64,000 nucleotides of DNA from Candidatus Latescibacterota bacterium (GTDB lineage Bacteria; Latescibacterota; UBA2968; UBA8231): the NCBI GenBank assembly GCA_965197905.1, contig CBDAOB010000003.1, positions 1,120,001 to 1,184,000 of the forward strand. The letters run 5' to 3'. A program made the position numbers and the translations under genes. Position 1 is the first letter of the stretch. Each line of letters opens with the position of its first letter. The notes beneath the pieces are model-generated. The model ran no database searches, was not told the origin of the DNA, and saw only the letters and a list, made by a program, of their open reading frames with translations. This document shows, one piece after another, positions 37,985-48,207 of this stretch.

Positions 37985-38287
37985 TCAGGCTTCCTTTCCG
38001 AGACGTTCCAGGTATTCTTCCCATTCCACTGGCAGCAGATAATCTTTCTGGCTGTTGCATTCCTTGCAGCATGTCACCACGTTAGACCGGGAGCTCTTGC
38101 CACCGCGCACCAGCGGCACCACGTGGTCCATGGTTAGCTCGGAAGGATGATAAGGGCGCTGGCAGTACTTGCACTGACCGCGGGCGAGTTGGTTTTTCCA
38201 CCATTGCGACCGGCGCAACTCTTTGGCCTTGTTTTTTTCCCGCTTCATCTCTTCCTCGGAAACGGGCGAGAAGAACTCTTCAGCCAT
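37985..38287 (-). CDS. Small stand-alone HNH endonuclease
   Basis: CKYC...TMDHVVPLVRGG...NVVTCCKECNSQK. Confidence 0.9.
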   Translation of the reverse strand: MAEEFFSPVSEEEMKREKNKAKELRRSQWWKNQLARGQCKYCQRPYHPSELTMDHVVPLVRGGKSSRSNVVTCCKECNSQKDYLLPVEWEEYLERLGKEA

Positions 38288-38329
38288 GGCTCAATGGTAG
38301 GAGATTAACTTGCAACCTGCAATTTTACC

Positions 38330-38965
38330 ATGACAGATTCCGTAATTCCGTTGTTCCCGCTCTCCATCGTCGTCTTCCCGGAGCAGGCGGTTCCGCTGCA
38401 CATTTTCGAGGAAGGGTATAAAGCGATGATAGCCGATTGCCGTGGTGCGGAGATCGGGGGCGAAACAAGCCCGTTTGGCATATCCCTTCAAGGTGAAGAG
38501 AGCGTGCATCAGGTCGGATGCTCGGTATTGCTTCACCAGGTTTTGCGCGAGTATGAGGACGGTCGGCTCGACATCATCTGCATGGGTTCCAGGCGTTACC
38601 GATGTCTCGAGGTCTTCGAGGACAAACCTTATTTCACGGCTGCCGTCGAATACTTCGAAGACGAACCGGAGGAACCGCAGCCTGAGCTCGCCGAAAATAC
38701 CCAGGCAATGTTCATGGAACTGCTAACTGCGCTGAAGGAGCACGGCGATAAGCCGACAGAGAAGGATATGCCGCCAGGTTCGTTTCAGCTGGCGATGCGG
38801 ATCGCGCTAACGCCCGCGCAGAAACAGGAACTGCTGGAGATCACCAGCGAAAGCCAGCGCCTGGAGGTTTTGACGGGTCACCTGGAGAATCTCATTCCCG
38901 CTGTACACGAACATCAGGAGAATCTGCGCAAGGTACGCGCCAACGGGCGACCTAAGAAAAGCTGA
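38330..38965 (+). CDS. LON peptidase substrate-binding (N-terminal) domain protein
   Basis: IPLFPL...VFP...LHIFE...DGRLDI...KQELLE. Confidence 0.9.
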   Translation: MTDSVIPLFPLSIVVFPEQAVPLHIFEEGYKAMIADCRGAEIGGETSPFGISLQGEESVHQVGCSVLLHQVLREYEDGRLDIICMGSRRYRCLEVFEDKPYFTAAVEYFEDEPEEPQPELAENTQAMFMELLTALKEHGDKPTEKDMPPGSFQLAMRIALTPAQKQELLEITSESQRLEVLTGHLENLIPAVHEHQENLRKVRANGRPKKS

Positions 38966-38992
38966 TCGAGCGTCGCTGTTCCGCCTGCGGAA

Positions 38993-39664
38993 CTACGCCT
39001 GCTCCACAAATATGTGGCGGGCGACCTCCAACCCCAGTGAGCAATCCCGACCCTCTCCGACCTTGAGCTGCAGCGGCCCCTTGAACGGCGCCTTGCTGCG
39101 GACCTCCACATCGGTTCCAAGTTGCAGTCCCATCTCCTCCATGTAGCGCAGCATCTCAGGATTGCGGTCGCTGACCTCGCGAATCACTGCCGCCGAACCG
39201 ACATCGAGATCGGACAAGGGACTGTAGGCGTTGGTCCTTACGTCTCCCTGCTTGCTGGGAATCGCCTCGCCATGCGCCCCCACTGTCGGAAATCCGAGAG
39301 CGGCGTCGATGCGGTCCTCGAACTCCTCGGAAATGGCGTGTTCCAGCCTGTCCGCCTCGGCATCTACCTCGTCCCAGCCGTAGCCCAGAGCCTGGGTCAG
39401 ATAGAGCTCTAACAAGCGGTGGTGGCGAATCGTTTCAAGTGCAACTTTGGCGCCGGAGCTGGTGAGCTCGACACCCTTGTACGGGGCATGTACCAGCAGT
39501 TTCATCTCCGCCAGCTTCTTGATCATGTTGGTGGCTGACGCCGGCGCCACGTCCATCTTTTCGGCAATCAACGACGTAGTTACCGGTCCGCCCTCGTGAC
39601 GCTGACCCAATTTGTAGATCGTGCGCAGGTAATGTTCCATGGACTGGCTGATCACTTCTTCCAT
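38993..39664 (-). CDS. DtxR/MntR-family metal-dependent regulator with a C-terminal FeoA/SH3 domain
   Basis: EHYLRTIY, RHHRLLELYL, EADRLEH, HGEAIP. Confidence 0.93.
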   Translation of the reverse strand: MEEVISQSMEHYLRTIYKLGQRHEGGPVTTSLIAEKMDVAPASATNMIKKLAEMKLLVHAPYKGVELTSSGAKVALETIRHHRLLELYLTQALGYGWDEVDAEADRLEHAISEEFEDRIDAALGFPTVGAHGEAIPSKQGDVRTNAYSPLSDLDVGSAAVIREVSDRNPEMLRYMEEMGLQLGTDVEVRSKAPFKGPLQLKVGEGRDCSLGLEVARHIFVEQA

Positions 39665-39668
39665 TGCG

Positions 39669-41096
39669 CTATCCCCATATCAACCGTGCTAGCTGTGCCA
39701 CGAAGAAACAGAGCACGAGGCCCATTGCGACCGGTAGCAGCGACGCGAATGTGGTCCATTTGGCGCTCTTGGTTTCCTTGTAAATCGTGTAGATCGTCGT
39801 CGAACAGGGATTGTGCACCAGGCTGAACAGCATAAGGTTGACCGCCGTCAGCAGCGTCCACCCCCCGGCGCGAAATATATCGGCGGTAGCTACTTCCGAA
39901 TCCAGTTCGAACATGACCCCGGCGCCATCCCCCAACCCCGCCAGGCGCGCGCTGAGAACCGTAAGCATGAGGATGGTGGGAATGATGATCTCGTTGGCTG
40001 GAATGGCGACGATGTAGGCGAGCAGGATGACGCCGTTCAACCCGATCAACAGGCCAAATCCATTGGTATTGTTGATGAAGTGTTCCGCCAGGCTGAGATC
40101 GCCCACGTGGATGTTGGAGAGCAACCAGATGACCGCTCCGGCCGGAATGGCGAATATTACAGCGCGCCACAGAACGATAAGGGTGCGGTCGATCACCGAG
40201 GTGTAGATCGTCTGCAATACTCTGGGTGGCCGGTACGGCGGTAGTTCGAGGCTGAAAGCAGAAGCCTCCCCCTTCAGAACGGAATGGGAAAGGCCCCAGG
40301 AAACCACCAGAGAAAGCACGATGCCCAATACCGCCACAAAAACAACCGCCGCCGCCGATACAAGCCCGGCCAGATGGGCGGGAGCCAGTGCCCCGATAAA
40401 AATAGTGGCTACAAGGATCTGGGTCGGCCAGCGACCGTTGCACAGGGCGAAATTGTTGGTGATGATGGCGATCAACCGCTCTCGCGGACTGTCGATGACC
40501 CGGGTCGATACTATGGCTGCGGCATTGCAGCCGAATCCCATAGTCATGGTCAACGCCTGTTTGCCGTGGGCCCCGGCTCGCTTGAACAGATTGTCCAGAT
40601 TGAAGGCGACCCGCGGCAAATAACCGAAATCCTCCAAAAGGGTGAACAGTGGGAAAAAGATCGCCATGGGTGGCAGCATGACCGCGATGACCCAGGCCAT
40701 GGCCAGGTAGATCCCGTCGATCAGCAGACCGTCCAGCCACCAGGGCAGGCTGATGGATTGCGCGCCGGCTTTCAGAAGCGGGTGAGTGGTGTCAATCAGC
40801 AATGTGGCCAGCATCCCCGACGGCACGTTGGCTCCCTCGATGGTTACCCAGAACACCACGGCGAGCATGAGCAGCATCAGCGGGAATCCGAGCCAGCTGC
40901 TGGTAACCAGGCGGTCGATGGTGCGATCCATGTCGAAGCGCGGGACCTCGTCCCCTCTGGTTACGGCGCGGTCGGCGATGTCGGCGGCATCGGCGTAGAT
41001 CGATTCCATCAGCGAATCGTGAAAGTTACGACCCGCTTCCCAACGCAGGGTGTTGGCGGCGGTGAGTAGCTGTTCCGATTGATCTCTGACGTTCAT
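39669..41096 (-). CDS. feoB: FeoB membrane domain (split FeoB)
   Basis: [39 protein letters not shown]. Confidence 0.9.
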   Translation of the reverse strand: MNVRDQSEQLLTAANTLRWEAGRNFHDSLMESIYADAADIADRAVTRGDEVPRFDMDRTIDRLVTSSWLGFPLMLLMLAVVFWVTIEGANVPSGMLATLLIDTTHPLLKAGAQSISLPWWLDGLLIDGIYLAMAWVIAVMLPPMAIFFPLFTLLEDFGYLPRVAFNLDNLFKRAGAHGKQALTMTMGFGCNAAAIVSTRVIDSPRERLIAIITNNFALCNGRWPTQILVATIFIGALAPAHLAGLVSAAAVVFVAVLGIVLSLVVSWGLSHSVLKGEASAFSLELPPYRPPRVLQTIYTSVIDRTLIVLWRAVIFAIPAGAVIWLLSNIHVGDLSLAEHFINNTNGFGLLIGLNGVILLAYIVAIPANEIIIPTILMLTVLSARLAGLGDGAGVMFELDSEVATADIFRAGGWTLLTAVNLMLFSLVHNPCSTTIYTIYKETKSAKWTTFASLLPVAMGLVLCFFVAQLARLIWG

Positions 41097-41926
41097 CAGT
41101 GCGCCTCCGAGGCTGTGGCAAGTGTATTTTCCCGGTCCAGGCCGCCATCCTGATTCAGAGACCCCAGGTCGCCGGTGCGCACCGCCTCGACGATACGTCG
41201 GTCCCCTTCCAGAAGCCGTAGCGCCACCCAGCGGGCGTTGGGCAGATGGGGAAACGCCGTTTCTACCTGGTCCTCCAGGCGGTCGAGGGCGCTCTTGAGC
41301 GAGGCAGGTTCACTCTTTGTGCGGCGAGGTTTGCAGACGACGCGGCCGGCAGCAACGTCGCTTATCGTCTGCAGCAACGATGGAATCCCTTCCCCACTGC
41401 GGGCGGCGGTAGGCACCACGGGAACCCCCAGGTCTCGCGCCAGGCGCCGTTCGTCTACCGACACATTATGGCGTTTCGCCTCGTCAATGAGGTTGAGGCA
41501 AACCACGGCGCGATCGGTAATCTGCAGCACCTGCAGCACCAGGTTCAAATTGCGCTCCAAGCGGGTGGCATCGACCACGACAACAGTTACATCCGGTTGG
41601 CCGAAGAGAATGAAATCCCGCGCCACCTCCTCGTCGGTGCTGGTGGACAGCAGCGAATAGGTGCCCGGCAGATCCACGAGTTTGAACCGGGCGTCCTGAT
41701 ACGAGAACCCCCCCTCGGCCCGGACTACCGTCTTCCCCGGCCAGTTGCCGGTGTGCTGGCGCAACCCGGTGAGGCTGTTGAACACCGTGCTCTTGCCGGT
41801 GTTAGGATTACCCGCCAGCGCCACGACGTAATCCCAGTTCTTCATGTTGACCCCCAGCTTGATCAAGTTGCCGGCATTGTGGGCCGGGCAAGCTTCACAA
41901 GCGCTGGAAGAAACCTGGTTGCTCAT
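41096..41926 (-). CDS. feoB: FeoB GTPase domain (split FeoB)
   Basis: [34 protein letters not shown] overlap with the membrane-domain gene. Confidence 0.92.
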   Translation of the reverse strand: MSNQVSSSACEACPAHNAGNLIKLGVNMKNWDYVVALAGNPNTGKSTVFNSLTGLRQHTGNWPGKTVVRAEGGFSYQDARFKLVDLPGTYSLLSTSTDEEVARDFILFGQPDVTVVVVDATRLERNLNLVLQVLQITDRAVVCLNLIDEAKRHNVSVDERRLARDLGVPVVPTAARSGEGIPSLLQTISDVAAGRVVCKPRRTKSEPASLKSALDRLEDQVETAFPHLPNARWVALRLLEGDRRIVEAVRTGDLGSLNQDGGLDRENTLATASEAH

Positions 41927-42954
41927 CTTGCGCTCTCCATGTTGAGGGCTATCTGCACGTGTTCGGCCTGCTCTTTGCGCAGGGCGATAGCAGCCCCGCG
42001 AATTCGATATGCCGTGGGATCCCCCGTTGGGCTCCTCATCTCCACCTCGATCACCGTTCCCGGAACGATGCCGAGATCCATAAGACGGCGGCGCTCCAGG
42101 CCGCGGCAGGCCGGCGAGATACGCACCACCTGACCCCGCTCCCTCACCCCGAGGCCGGCCAGGGTTTCGAAAGGCCCTTCCATCTCCTCTTCTTCCGGCA
42201 AGGCGGCGACGAAGATGTTGGCGGCGTCCACCGGGGTGAGCTGACGTTGTTGCCCGTCGGCGAGCAGCTCCACCGTTTCCGGGGTCACGCGGCCGATCTC
42301 CACCCGCATGCCCAAATGCAAGCCGGCTTCGACGATACGGCTGAATACGTCTCCGGGCTCGTCTTCGATGTGGACGATGGTGGCCACATGTCCCTCAGCA
42401 AGGGACGCGACCGGCTGTCCCCCCTTTGGCGCAATCTCTCCCGTCGCGGTGGGAATCGGATCGCCATGGGGATCGTAGACCGGGAATCCCATCAGCTCAT
42501 CCAGCTCGTCCGCCTCGGTGGCGGAGATGCTATGCTCGCGATCTTCGGCCTCCCGGTGCCACGAATCGGCGGTGTGGCCGGTCTCTTCCGCCAGATAGTG
42601 CTCCCAGAGCCGATGGACGCGAATGATGCGCAGGGCGCCGGCCTTGCCTTCGGATGTGAGACGGAGTTCACCGCTATCGGACTGCAGCAGTTTCAGGCTT
42701 TCCAGCCGCCCCAGAAGCTCGGCGGCTCGATTCTGGCCGATACCTAGAGCTCCGGACAGGCTTTCCACGGTGGCGGTGCGCTTGAGGTATTCGTATTTGA
42801 AAAAGTGTTTGAGAGCATCCTCGATCATCACCCGCTCACCCAACTGGTGGAGCTGTTGCCAGCGCCAAAACAGGCCCCGTGAAGGCCAAAATAGCAACGC
42901 GAGAACGCCGGCGATCAATCCGGCCACGATTAACGCCGTCTGAGGTTCCGTCAT
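41923..42954 (-). CDS. Membrane-anchored DtxR-family protein fused to two FeoA domains
   Basis: N-terminal TM helix; [37 protein letters not shown]3 domain; C-terminal Feo[12 protein letters not shown]...SPTGDP...IALR. Confidence 0.88.
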   Translation of the reverse strand: MTEPQTALIVAGLIAGVLALLFWPSRGLFWRWQQLHQLGERVMIEDALKHFFKYEYLKRTATVESLSGALGIGQNRAAELLGRLESLKLLQSDSGELRLTSEGKAGALRIIRVHRLWEHYLAEETGHTADSWHREAEDREHSISATEADELDELMGFPVYDPHGDPIPTATGEIAPKGGQPVASLAEGHVATIVHIEDEPGDVFSRIVEAGLHLGMRVEIGRVTPETVELLADGQQRQLTPVDAANIFVAALPEEEEMEGPFETLAGLGVRERGQVVRISPACRGLERRRLMDLGIVPGTVIEVEMRSPTGDPTAYRIRGAAIALRKEQAEHVQIALNMESAR

Positions 42955-43037
42955 AACGCTTCCTTTGATAATCACAGATCGGCCCGGCTATGCCACTGTG
43001 GTCCTACCGGGCTCTATTATGCTCCGAAAAATTATTA

Positions 43038-43079
43038 TTTAGTCGTGCCTAAAGATAGCGTGATCAACTCATCTGTCAA
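43038..43079 (-). promoter_or_regulatory. Promoter of the feo operon with an overlapping DtxR-type palindrome
   Basis: Minus strand TTGACA(43079)-N16-TATCTT; palindrome TTTAG-N6-CTAAA at 43038-43053 overlapping the -10 element. Confidence 0.65.
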
Positions 43080-43119
43080 CGGCGAAAGCAGTTGATTCCC
43101 GCTGATCTTATCATATATT

Positions 43120-43143
43120 CAATTGAACAGTTCTTCAGATGTT
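43120..43143 (+). promoter_or_regulatory. SmtB/ZiaR-type ArsR operator
   Basis: CAATTGAACAGTTCTTCAGATGT, close to the cyanobacterial smt operator core TGAACAGTTATTCA, ~30 nt upstream of the ArsR gene. Confidence 0.75.
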
Positions 43144-43169
43144 TGATTTGCAGCGTACGGAGGAGATGA

Positions 43170-43538
43170 ATGACCGAGTTGGTGCGAGAGGAGGATCTCT
43201 GCGACGACCACCATATCGTCGATCGAGAGCGGGTTCTGCAGGTCGCGCGGGGGATGCCGGATAGCGGCAACCTGACAAGGCTGTCAGAGACTTTCAAGGT
43301 GCTCAGCCACCCCACCCGGCTGAAGATCATCCACGCCCTGTCCGAAGCTGAGTTCTGTGTCTGCGACCTGGCCGCTCTGCTGGGCAGCACCGAGTCTGCC
43401 GTAAGCCACCAGTTGCGCCTGCTGCGTGGGATGCGACTGGTGAAATACCGCCGCGACGGCAAACTCGCCTATTATTCTCTCGACGATCAGCACGTGCATC
43501 AACTGTTCGCCGCAGGCCTCGAACACATGGAAGAGTAA
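43170..43538 (+). CDS. ArsR/SmtB-family Zn/Cd-sensing repressor (ZiaR/CadC-like)
   Basis: FKVLSHPTRLKI, EFCVCDLA, SAVSHQLRLL, alpha5 site DQH...HMEE. Confidence 0.93.
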   Translation: MTELVREEDLCDDHHIVDRERVLQVARGMPDSGNLTRLSETFKVLSHPTRLKIIHALSEAEFCVCDLAALLGSTESAVSHQLRLLRGMRLVKYRRDGKLAYYSLDDQHVHQLFAAGLEHMEE

Positions 43539-43546
43539 GGTGTCGC

Positions 43547-45472
43547 ATGTCCGACGATTGTTGCCACGAAGAGAGCTGCTGCAACGAAGATAGCGGGGCG
43601 AAGAAGCGCACCCTGATCTCAGGGGTGTTGATCGTCGCTGCTCTTGCTTGGAAGCTGCTGTGGCCCGAAACCTATCACGGCACTCTATGGCAGGGGCACC
43701 TTGGGGTGTCCGATGGTTTGCTGGTAGCTGCTTCTTTCGTGGGCGGATACAATTTCTTCCCCTACGCCTTGCGCGCTGTGCGACGGTTTTCCCTGGATAT
43801 GGACTTCCTGATGACCGCCGCTATCCTCGGAGCCATCGCCATCGGCGAATACGCCGAGGCAGCGGCGATCGCCTTCCTCTTTTCCTGCGCCGAGCTCCTG
43901 GAGGCGTACGCCGTCGACCGGGCGCGGAACTCCTTGAACGAGCTGATGGAGCTGGCGCCGGAAACCGCCACGGTGCGCCGCGACGGACGCGAGATCACAC
44001 TGCCGGCGGCCGCGGTCGTTGTGGGAGACACGGTGTTGATTCGGCCCGGCGAACGTGTGGCCGTGGATGGCAAGGTCGCCGCCGGCGACTCGACCATCGA
44101 TCAGTCGACCATCACCGGAGAATCGATGCCGGCCACCAAAAAGGCGGGTGACGAGGTCTTTGCAGGTACCATGAACCACGAAGGGTACCTGGAAGTGGAA
44201 GCGAGCCACCTGGCTTCGCAGAGCATTCTCAGCCGCATCATCAAAATGGTAGAAGAGGCGGAGGAACGCCGCGCCCCCATCGAGCAGTTTGTTCGACGTT
44301 TTGCCCGTTTTTACACGCCGGCAGTGACTCTGCTGGCGCTGGCGGTGATGCTGGTGCCGCCCTTGCTCATGGATGCCTCCTTCAATGAATGGTTCGTTCG
44401 CGGGTTGACCTTGCTGGTAATTGCCTGTCCATGCGCCCTGGTCATCTCGACTCCGGTGGCGGTGGTGAGCGGTATAACCAGTGCCGCCCGCAACGGAGTC
44501 CTTATCAAAGGGGGCAATCACTTGGAGGCGTTGGGCAACGTGCGGGCCGTCGCTTTCGACAAAACCGGAACCCTGACGTTTGGCCGACCCGAAGTCACTG
44601 ACATCGTGCGTTTCAACGGTTATTCCGAGGACGAGATCCTGACCGTGGCCGCCGCCCTCGAGCAACGCTCCGGTCATCCGATCGCGGGCGCCATTCGACG
44701 CCGGGCGGAGGGCCTTGAGGTTCCCGAGGTAGAGCAGTTCGAATCATTGACCGGACAAGGAGTGCGAGCGCGGATCGGCGGAAAGGTGTACAAGGTGGGC
44801 AAACCTGGGCTGTTCGAGAACGGCGCCCAGCCGAACATCGGCGAGATCCAGAGCGCCGGCCAGACTGCCGTGCTGGTGGGAACAGAGTCGGAGCTGCTGG
44901 GTGCGGTCACCGTGGCCGACACGGTGCGGGACAATGCGGCAGCCGCCGTAGCAGCGCTACGCGAGCAAGGCATCGAGAAGGTGGTCATGCTGACCGGCGA
45001 CAGCGAAGAGACGGCGCGAACCATCGCTCGCCGGCTGGGCGTCGACGAGTGGCGGGCGGAGCTGTTACCCGAGGACAAAATGGCTGCCGTCGAAGAGCTC
45101 AAACAACAGTACGGTCAGATCGCGATGATCGGTGACGGGGTAAACGACGCGCCGGCCCTGGCGACGTCGACGGTCGGAATCGCCATGGGTGCCGCCGGCT
45201 CGGACACGGCGTTGGAAACGGCGGACGTGGCGCTCATGTCCGACGACCTCTCGAAGCTGCCCTACCTGTTCGAACTCTCCCGCGCCTCCCGCCGGGTAAT
45301 TCGGCAGAACGTATGGGCTTCCATCCTGCTGAAAATTGCGCTGGCGGCGGGGGTCTTCCCCGGACTGGTGACCCTGATCGTGGCAGTGCTGGTCGGGGAT
45401 ATGGGCACGTCGCTCGGCGTGACCGGCAACGCCCTGCGCCTGGCTCGCATCAAGCCGCGGGCCGGCGATTAG
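43547..45472 (+). CDS. cadA: P1B-2 type heavy-metal (Zn/Cd/Pb) translocating ATPase
   Basis: TGES, CPC, DKTGT, HP, GDGVNDAP, TM Lys (LLK) and Asp (GDMG); short CC/His N-terminus. Confidence 0.92.
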   Translation: MSDDCCHEESCCNEDSGAKKRTLISGVLIVAALAWKLLWPETYHGTLWQGHLGVSDGLLVAASFVGGYNFFPYALRAVRRFSLDMDFLMTAAILGAIAIGEYAEAAAIAFLFSCAELLEAYAVDRARNSLNELMELAPETATVRRDGREITLPAAAVVVGDTVLIRPGERVAVDGKVAAGDSTIDQSTITGESMPATKKAGDEVFAGTMNHEGYLEVEASHLASQSILSRIIKMVEEAEERRAPIEQFVRRFARFYTPAVTLLALAVMLVPPLLMDASFNEWFVRGLTLLVIACPCALVISTPVAVVSGITSAARNGVLIKGGNHLEALGNVRAVAFDKTGTLTFGRPEVTDIVRFNGYSEDEILTVAAALEQRSGHPIAGAIRRRAEGLEVPEVEQFESLTGQGVRARIGGKVYKVGKPGLFENGAQPNIGEIQSAGQTAVLVGTESELLGAVTVADTVRDNAAAAVAALREQGIEKVVMLTGDSEETARTIARRLGVDEWRAELLPEDKMAAVEELKQQYGQIAMIGDGVNDAPALATSTVGIAMGAAGSDTALETADVALMSDDLSKLPYLFELSRASRRVIRQNVWASILLKIALAAGVFPGLVTLIVAVLVGDMGTSLGVTGNALRLARIKPRAGD

Positions 45473-46317
45473 CCCTTGGCTCGCTCGCGGGATTTTTCCT
45501 GCAGCTGATAAAGCGAGCGCGCCTCTTCCCGGTAAAGCGGTACGGGGAATTGGGTCATGGTGAAACGCGCCATGCGCGGATGATTGCCGCGCACAAGCAC
45601 CGCGTTCTCTTCGATGATCGGCGTGACTCCGGTGAGCAGCGGCACGGCGTCGGCGGCCCGATAGCTGAGAATAAGGGTTCGCCGAGAACGGTTGGAGCGA
45701 TTGGTGACCGAGGCGTGCGGCGTCATCGCGTGCATGAAGATGGCGGTGCCAGCCGCCGCCGGCACCGAAACTGCTGCGGTATCATCGAGGTTGTCGACAA
45801 CACGACCTTGAAAATACCCGTCGGTGCTGTGTTCGAAGGTGCCCCCAAGGTGTTGCCCGGGTATCATCTGCAGGCAGCCGTTCTCCTCATCGGTGTCATC
45901 CAGGTAAAAAAGAACGGCCAATGAATCGCGGTTGGTGAGCGGGTAGTAGGTCAGGTCCTGGTGCCACTCCACCACTGATCCGATCTTCGCCGGCTTCATG
46001 TTGACCTTACTGTAATGAAAGATGATGTCGGGCCCCACCAACTGTTCGACGCAGTCGAGCACATGGTCCGCTCTCGCAAGGTTCTTGAAACTCTCGTAGT
46101 TCGTGCACGGCTCGTAGAGCCGGCGCACCTGAGTCCCCTCCGGAGGTTGATCCGGCTCCATTTCCATCAACGTTGAATCGTGGTTTGACAGAGTGTTTCC
46201 GCTACTGATCTCCTCGATCTCGGCAAGGTAGGCGGCCACCACGCCGGTATCGAGCAGGTTCGGATACACGGTGAAACCGTTCTCGCGGTATTCGTCGACC
46301 TGGATCTGTGTTAGCAT
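45469..46317 (-). CDS. PhyH-family Fe(II)/2OG dioxygenase
   Basis: YRENGF, WHQD, ENGCLQMIPG, PHAS, NRSNRSRR. Confidence 0.9.
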   Translation of the reverse strand: MLTQIQVDEYRENGFTVYPNLLDTGVVAAYLAEIEEISSGNTLSNHDSTLMEMEPDQPPEGTQVRRLYEPCTNYESFKNLARADHVLDCVEQLVGPDIIFHYSKVNMKPAKIGSVVEWHQDLTYYPLTNRDSLAVLFYLDDTDEENGCLQMIPGQHLGGTFEHSTDGYFQGRVVDNLDDTAAVSVPAAAGTAIFMHAMTPHASVTNRSNRSRRTLILSYRAADAVPLLTGVTPIIEENAVLVRGNHPRMARFTMTQFPVPLYREEARSLYQLQEKSRERAKG

Positions 46318-46415
46318 AACATCTGTTCCTGTGGAGGATTGTTGTTTGTAGAATAAAGGTTGAGGTGGTTAGATTCAATAGACATTATTGCTGCACTACC
46401 CCTCAGGATCACATC

Positions 46416-47195
46416 ATGGCGAACCTCCCGAAATTCATCGCGTGCGCAACGCTTGTCATGATTCTTTGGCCGGCGGAGTCTGAGGGCGACGTTGGCCTCA
46501 ACGTTTATACCGGGGGCGGCACGTTGCCCGTCACGACGGACGGGTTTGCCGATCTTCACGTCTCCGACTGGGAGAAATACGGGACCGGGGGTGCGGAAGG
46601 CCGCGTTTATCTGCCCTTTGGCGACGTGAACGTAGACGGCCAGCAACCCACCTTCTTTCTTGGAGTCGAAGGGACGGAAGTGCCGGCCCTGTTCGAGATT
46701 CAGATGACCTCGAAGGACGGTCTGGACTACGGGCAGCTCTTGTTGGGCTGGCGTTTCCATTTGAAGCAAGGCTCCAGTTATTCGTTCGACTTCATACCGA
46801 AGCTTGGAGCGGGCGTAGGCTTGGTTGAGTTCGGGAAAGTCGAGATTCTCGAAGGCAAGACCCCACCTGTGATCCTCGACAAGGGCACCGTCCACGTCGG
46901 CGACGAGATTCGCGCCGAGCTTTTCGGAGGTGTCTTGCAGGCCGTTGTCAGCGCCAATATTACGTTGGCCGGCGGGGTCAATATTCTGGCTCAGGGTGGG
47001 TGGAATCTGGCGTTTCTCCCCGATCTGGACCTTCGCACCGATCCGAAAGATTCCGAATTCGATGAGGTCAAGCTCAACGGCGACGACGAGGCGTTGGTCA
47101 AGCCCGAGATCGGCAGCACCGAACAAGCCGGCGTGGAACCCAAGGTCAAGTCGAACGGGTATGTCGCTATGCTGTCGGTGGGATACCGATTCTAA
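46416..47195 (+). CDS. Putative outer-membrane beta-barrel protein
   Basis: Signal peptide, amphipathic beta strands, C-terminal SVGYRF (terminal Phe). Confidence 0.65.
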   Translation: MANLPKFIACATLVMILWPAESEGDVGLNVYTGGGTLPVTTDGFADLHVSDWEKYGTGGAEGRVYLPFGDVNVDGQQPTFFLGVEGTEVPALFEIQMTSKDGLDYGQLLLGWRFHLKQGSSYSFDFIPKLGAGVGLVEFGKVEILEGKTPPVILDKGTVHVGDEIRAELFGGVLQAVVSANITLAGGVNILAQGGWNLAFLPDLDLRTDPKDSEFDEVKLNGDDEALVKPEIGSTEQAGVEPKVKSNGYVAMLSVGYRF

Positions 47196-48185
47196 GTGCC
47201 CCTCGCCCGCGGTGAAAGAGCGCCCGACTTCGTTCTGCCCATCCAGGATGGAGGCCCGACGCGATTCTACGGACATGCAGGCGGCCGGCCTACACTTCTC
47301 GTTTTCGCCGACGAAAGGCAACTCGACCACCTGATCCGGATCTACCCGGTTCAGTCGGATTTCGATCTGTTTGCGGTGGTTCGCAATCCGCCGGCGGTTT
47401 CGACCCCACCTTTCACTCTGTTCATCGATGACGACGGCTCGATTGCATCCGCCTTCAAGGTAGAAGACCAAGGCGTGGTGGCTTACGTGCTGGATCTCAA
47501 TCTGCGCGTGCTTTATACCTTCGAGCTGGACGACTCCTCAGATTCGATCCAGCTCACCCAGGCTGCGCTGGATGAGCACGCGACCTACCATAGAGCCCGG
47601 TCGATAACTCACGCTGCTCCTGTTCTCATGATCCCGAACGCGTTGGATGCCGAGATCTGCGAACATCTCATAGAGGTCTGGGAATGCGGGGAGACTGAGT
47701 TAACCGGTGTGGAACAATCCGCGGCGGGTCGGCGTGAGGAAAACGTTGCTGATGACCTGAAACGCCGGCGGGATCTCACCGTGAACGACGGGTCGCTGAT
47801 CAAGCTACTTAGTTCGAATGTCGGCCGACGGGTGATCCCGGAGCTGCGCAAAGCGTTCGCCTATCACGCAACCAGATTCGAGGGTTTCAAGATCGTCTGT
47901 TATGAGGCGGAGGTTGGGGGTTTCTTCCATGCCCACCGCGACAACCTGAGTCCGTCTACGGCACATCGCCGTTTCGCCATGAGCCTAAATTTGAACCAGG
48001 AATACGATGGTGGGCAGCTCCGCTTTCCCGAGTACGGTGAGGAACTATACAGACCCGATTCGGGGGCGGCGGTCCTCTTTTCATGTTCCCATCTACACGA
48101 GGTGCTGCCGGTTACGGCGGGTCAACGATTCGCGCTGCTGTCGTTTCTGTTTGGAGATGAGGTCGAGAGGGGAGAAAAGAATTGA
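47196..48185 (+). CDS. Redoxin-like + 2OG-Fe(II) oxygenase fusion
   Basis: GERAPDFVLP N-terminus; HRD, YDGGQLRF, HEVLPVTAGQRFAL. Confidence 0.85.
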   Translation: MPLARGERAPDFVLPIQDGGPTRFYGHAGGRPTLLVFADERQLDHLIRIYPVQSDFDLFAVVRNPPAVSTPPFTLFIDDDGSIASAFKVEDQGVVAYVLDLNLRVLYTFELDDSSDSIQLTQAALDEHATYHRARSITHAAPVLMIPNALDAEICEHLIEVWECGETELTGVEQSAAGRREENVADDLKRRRDLTVNDGSLIKLLSSNVGRRVIPELRKAFAYHATRFEGFKIVCYEAEVGGFFHAHRDNLSPSTAHRRFAMSLNLNQEYDGGQLRFPEYGEELYRPDSGAAVLFSCSHLHEVLPVTAGQRFALLSFLFGDEVERGEKN

Positions 48186-48207
48186 CAGAGGGTTCGAGGC
48201 ACTGGCA

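Noticed and set aside
37985..38287. HNH nuclease as a homing or defence element
   Set aside because: A 100-aa stand-alone type with host-like composition and no intron, methylase, ATPase or repeat context
39652..40740. 362-aa alternative-frame ORF overlapping feoB
   Set aside because: Arg/Gly/His-rich shadow frame of a GC-rich gene with no recognisable motifs
41090..41110. FeoB split as a sequencing frameshift
   Set aside because: A clean TGATG stop/start overlap with a GGAGG RBS indicates a genuine two-gene arrangement
46311..47471. 386-aa antisense ORF
   Set aside because: Antisense shadow of two well-formed plus-strand genes
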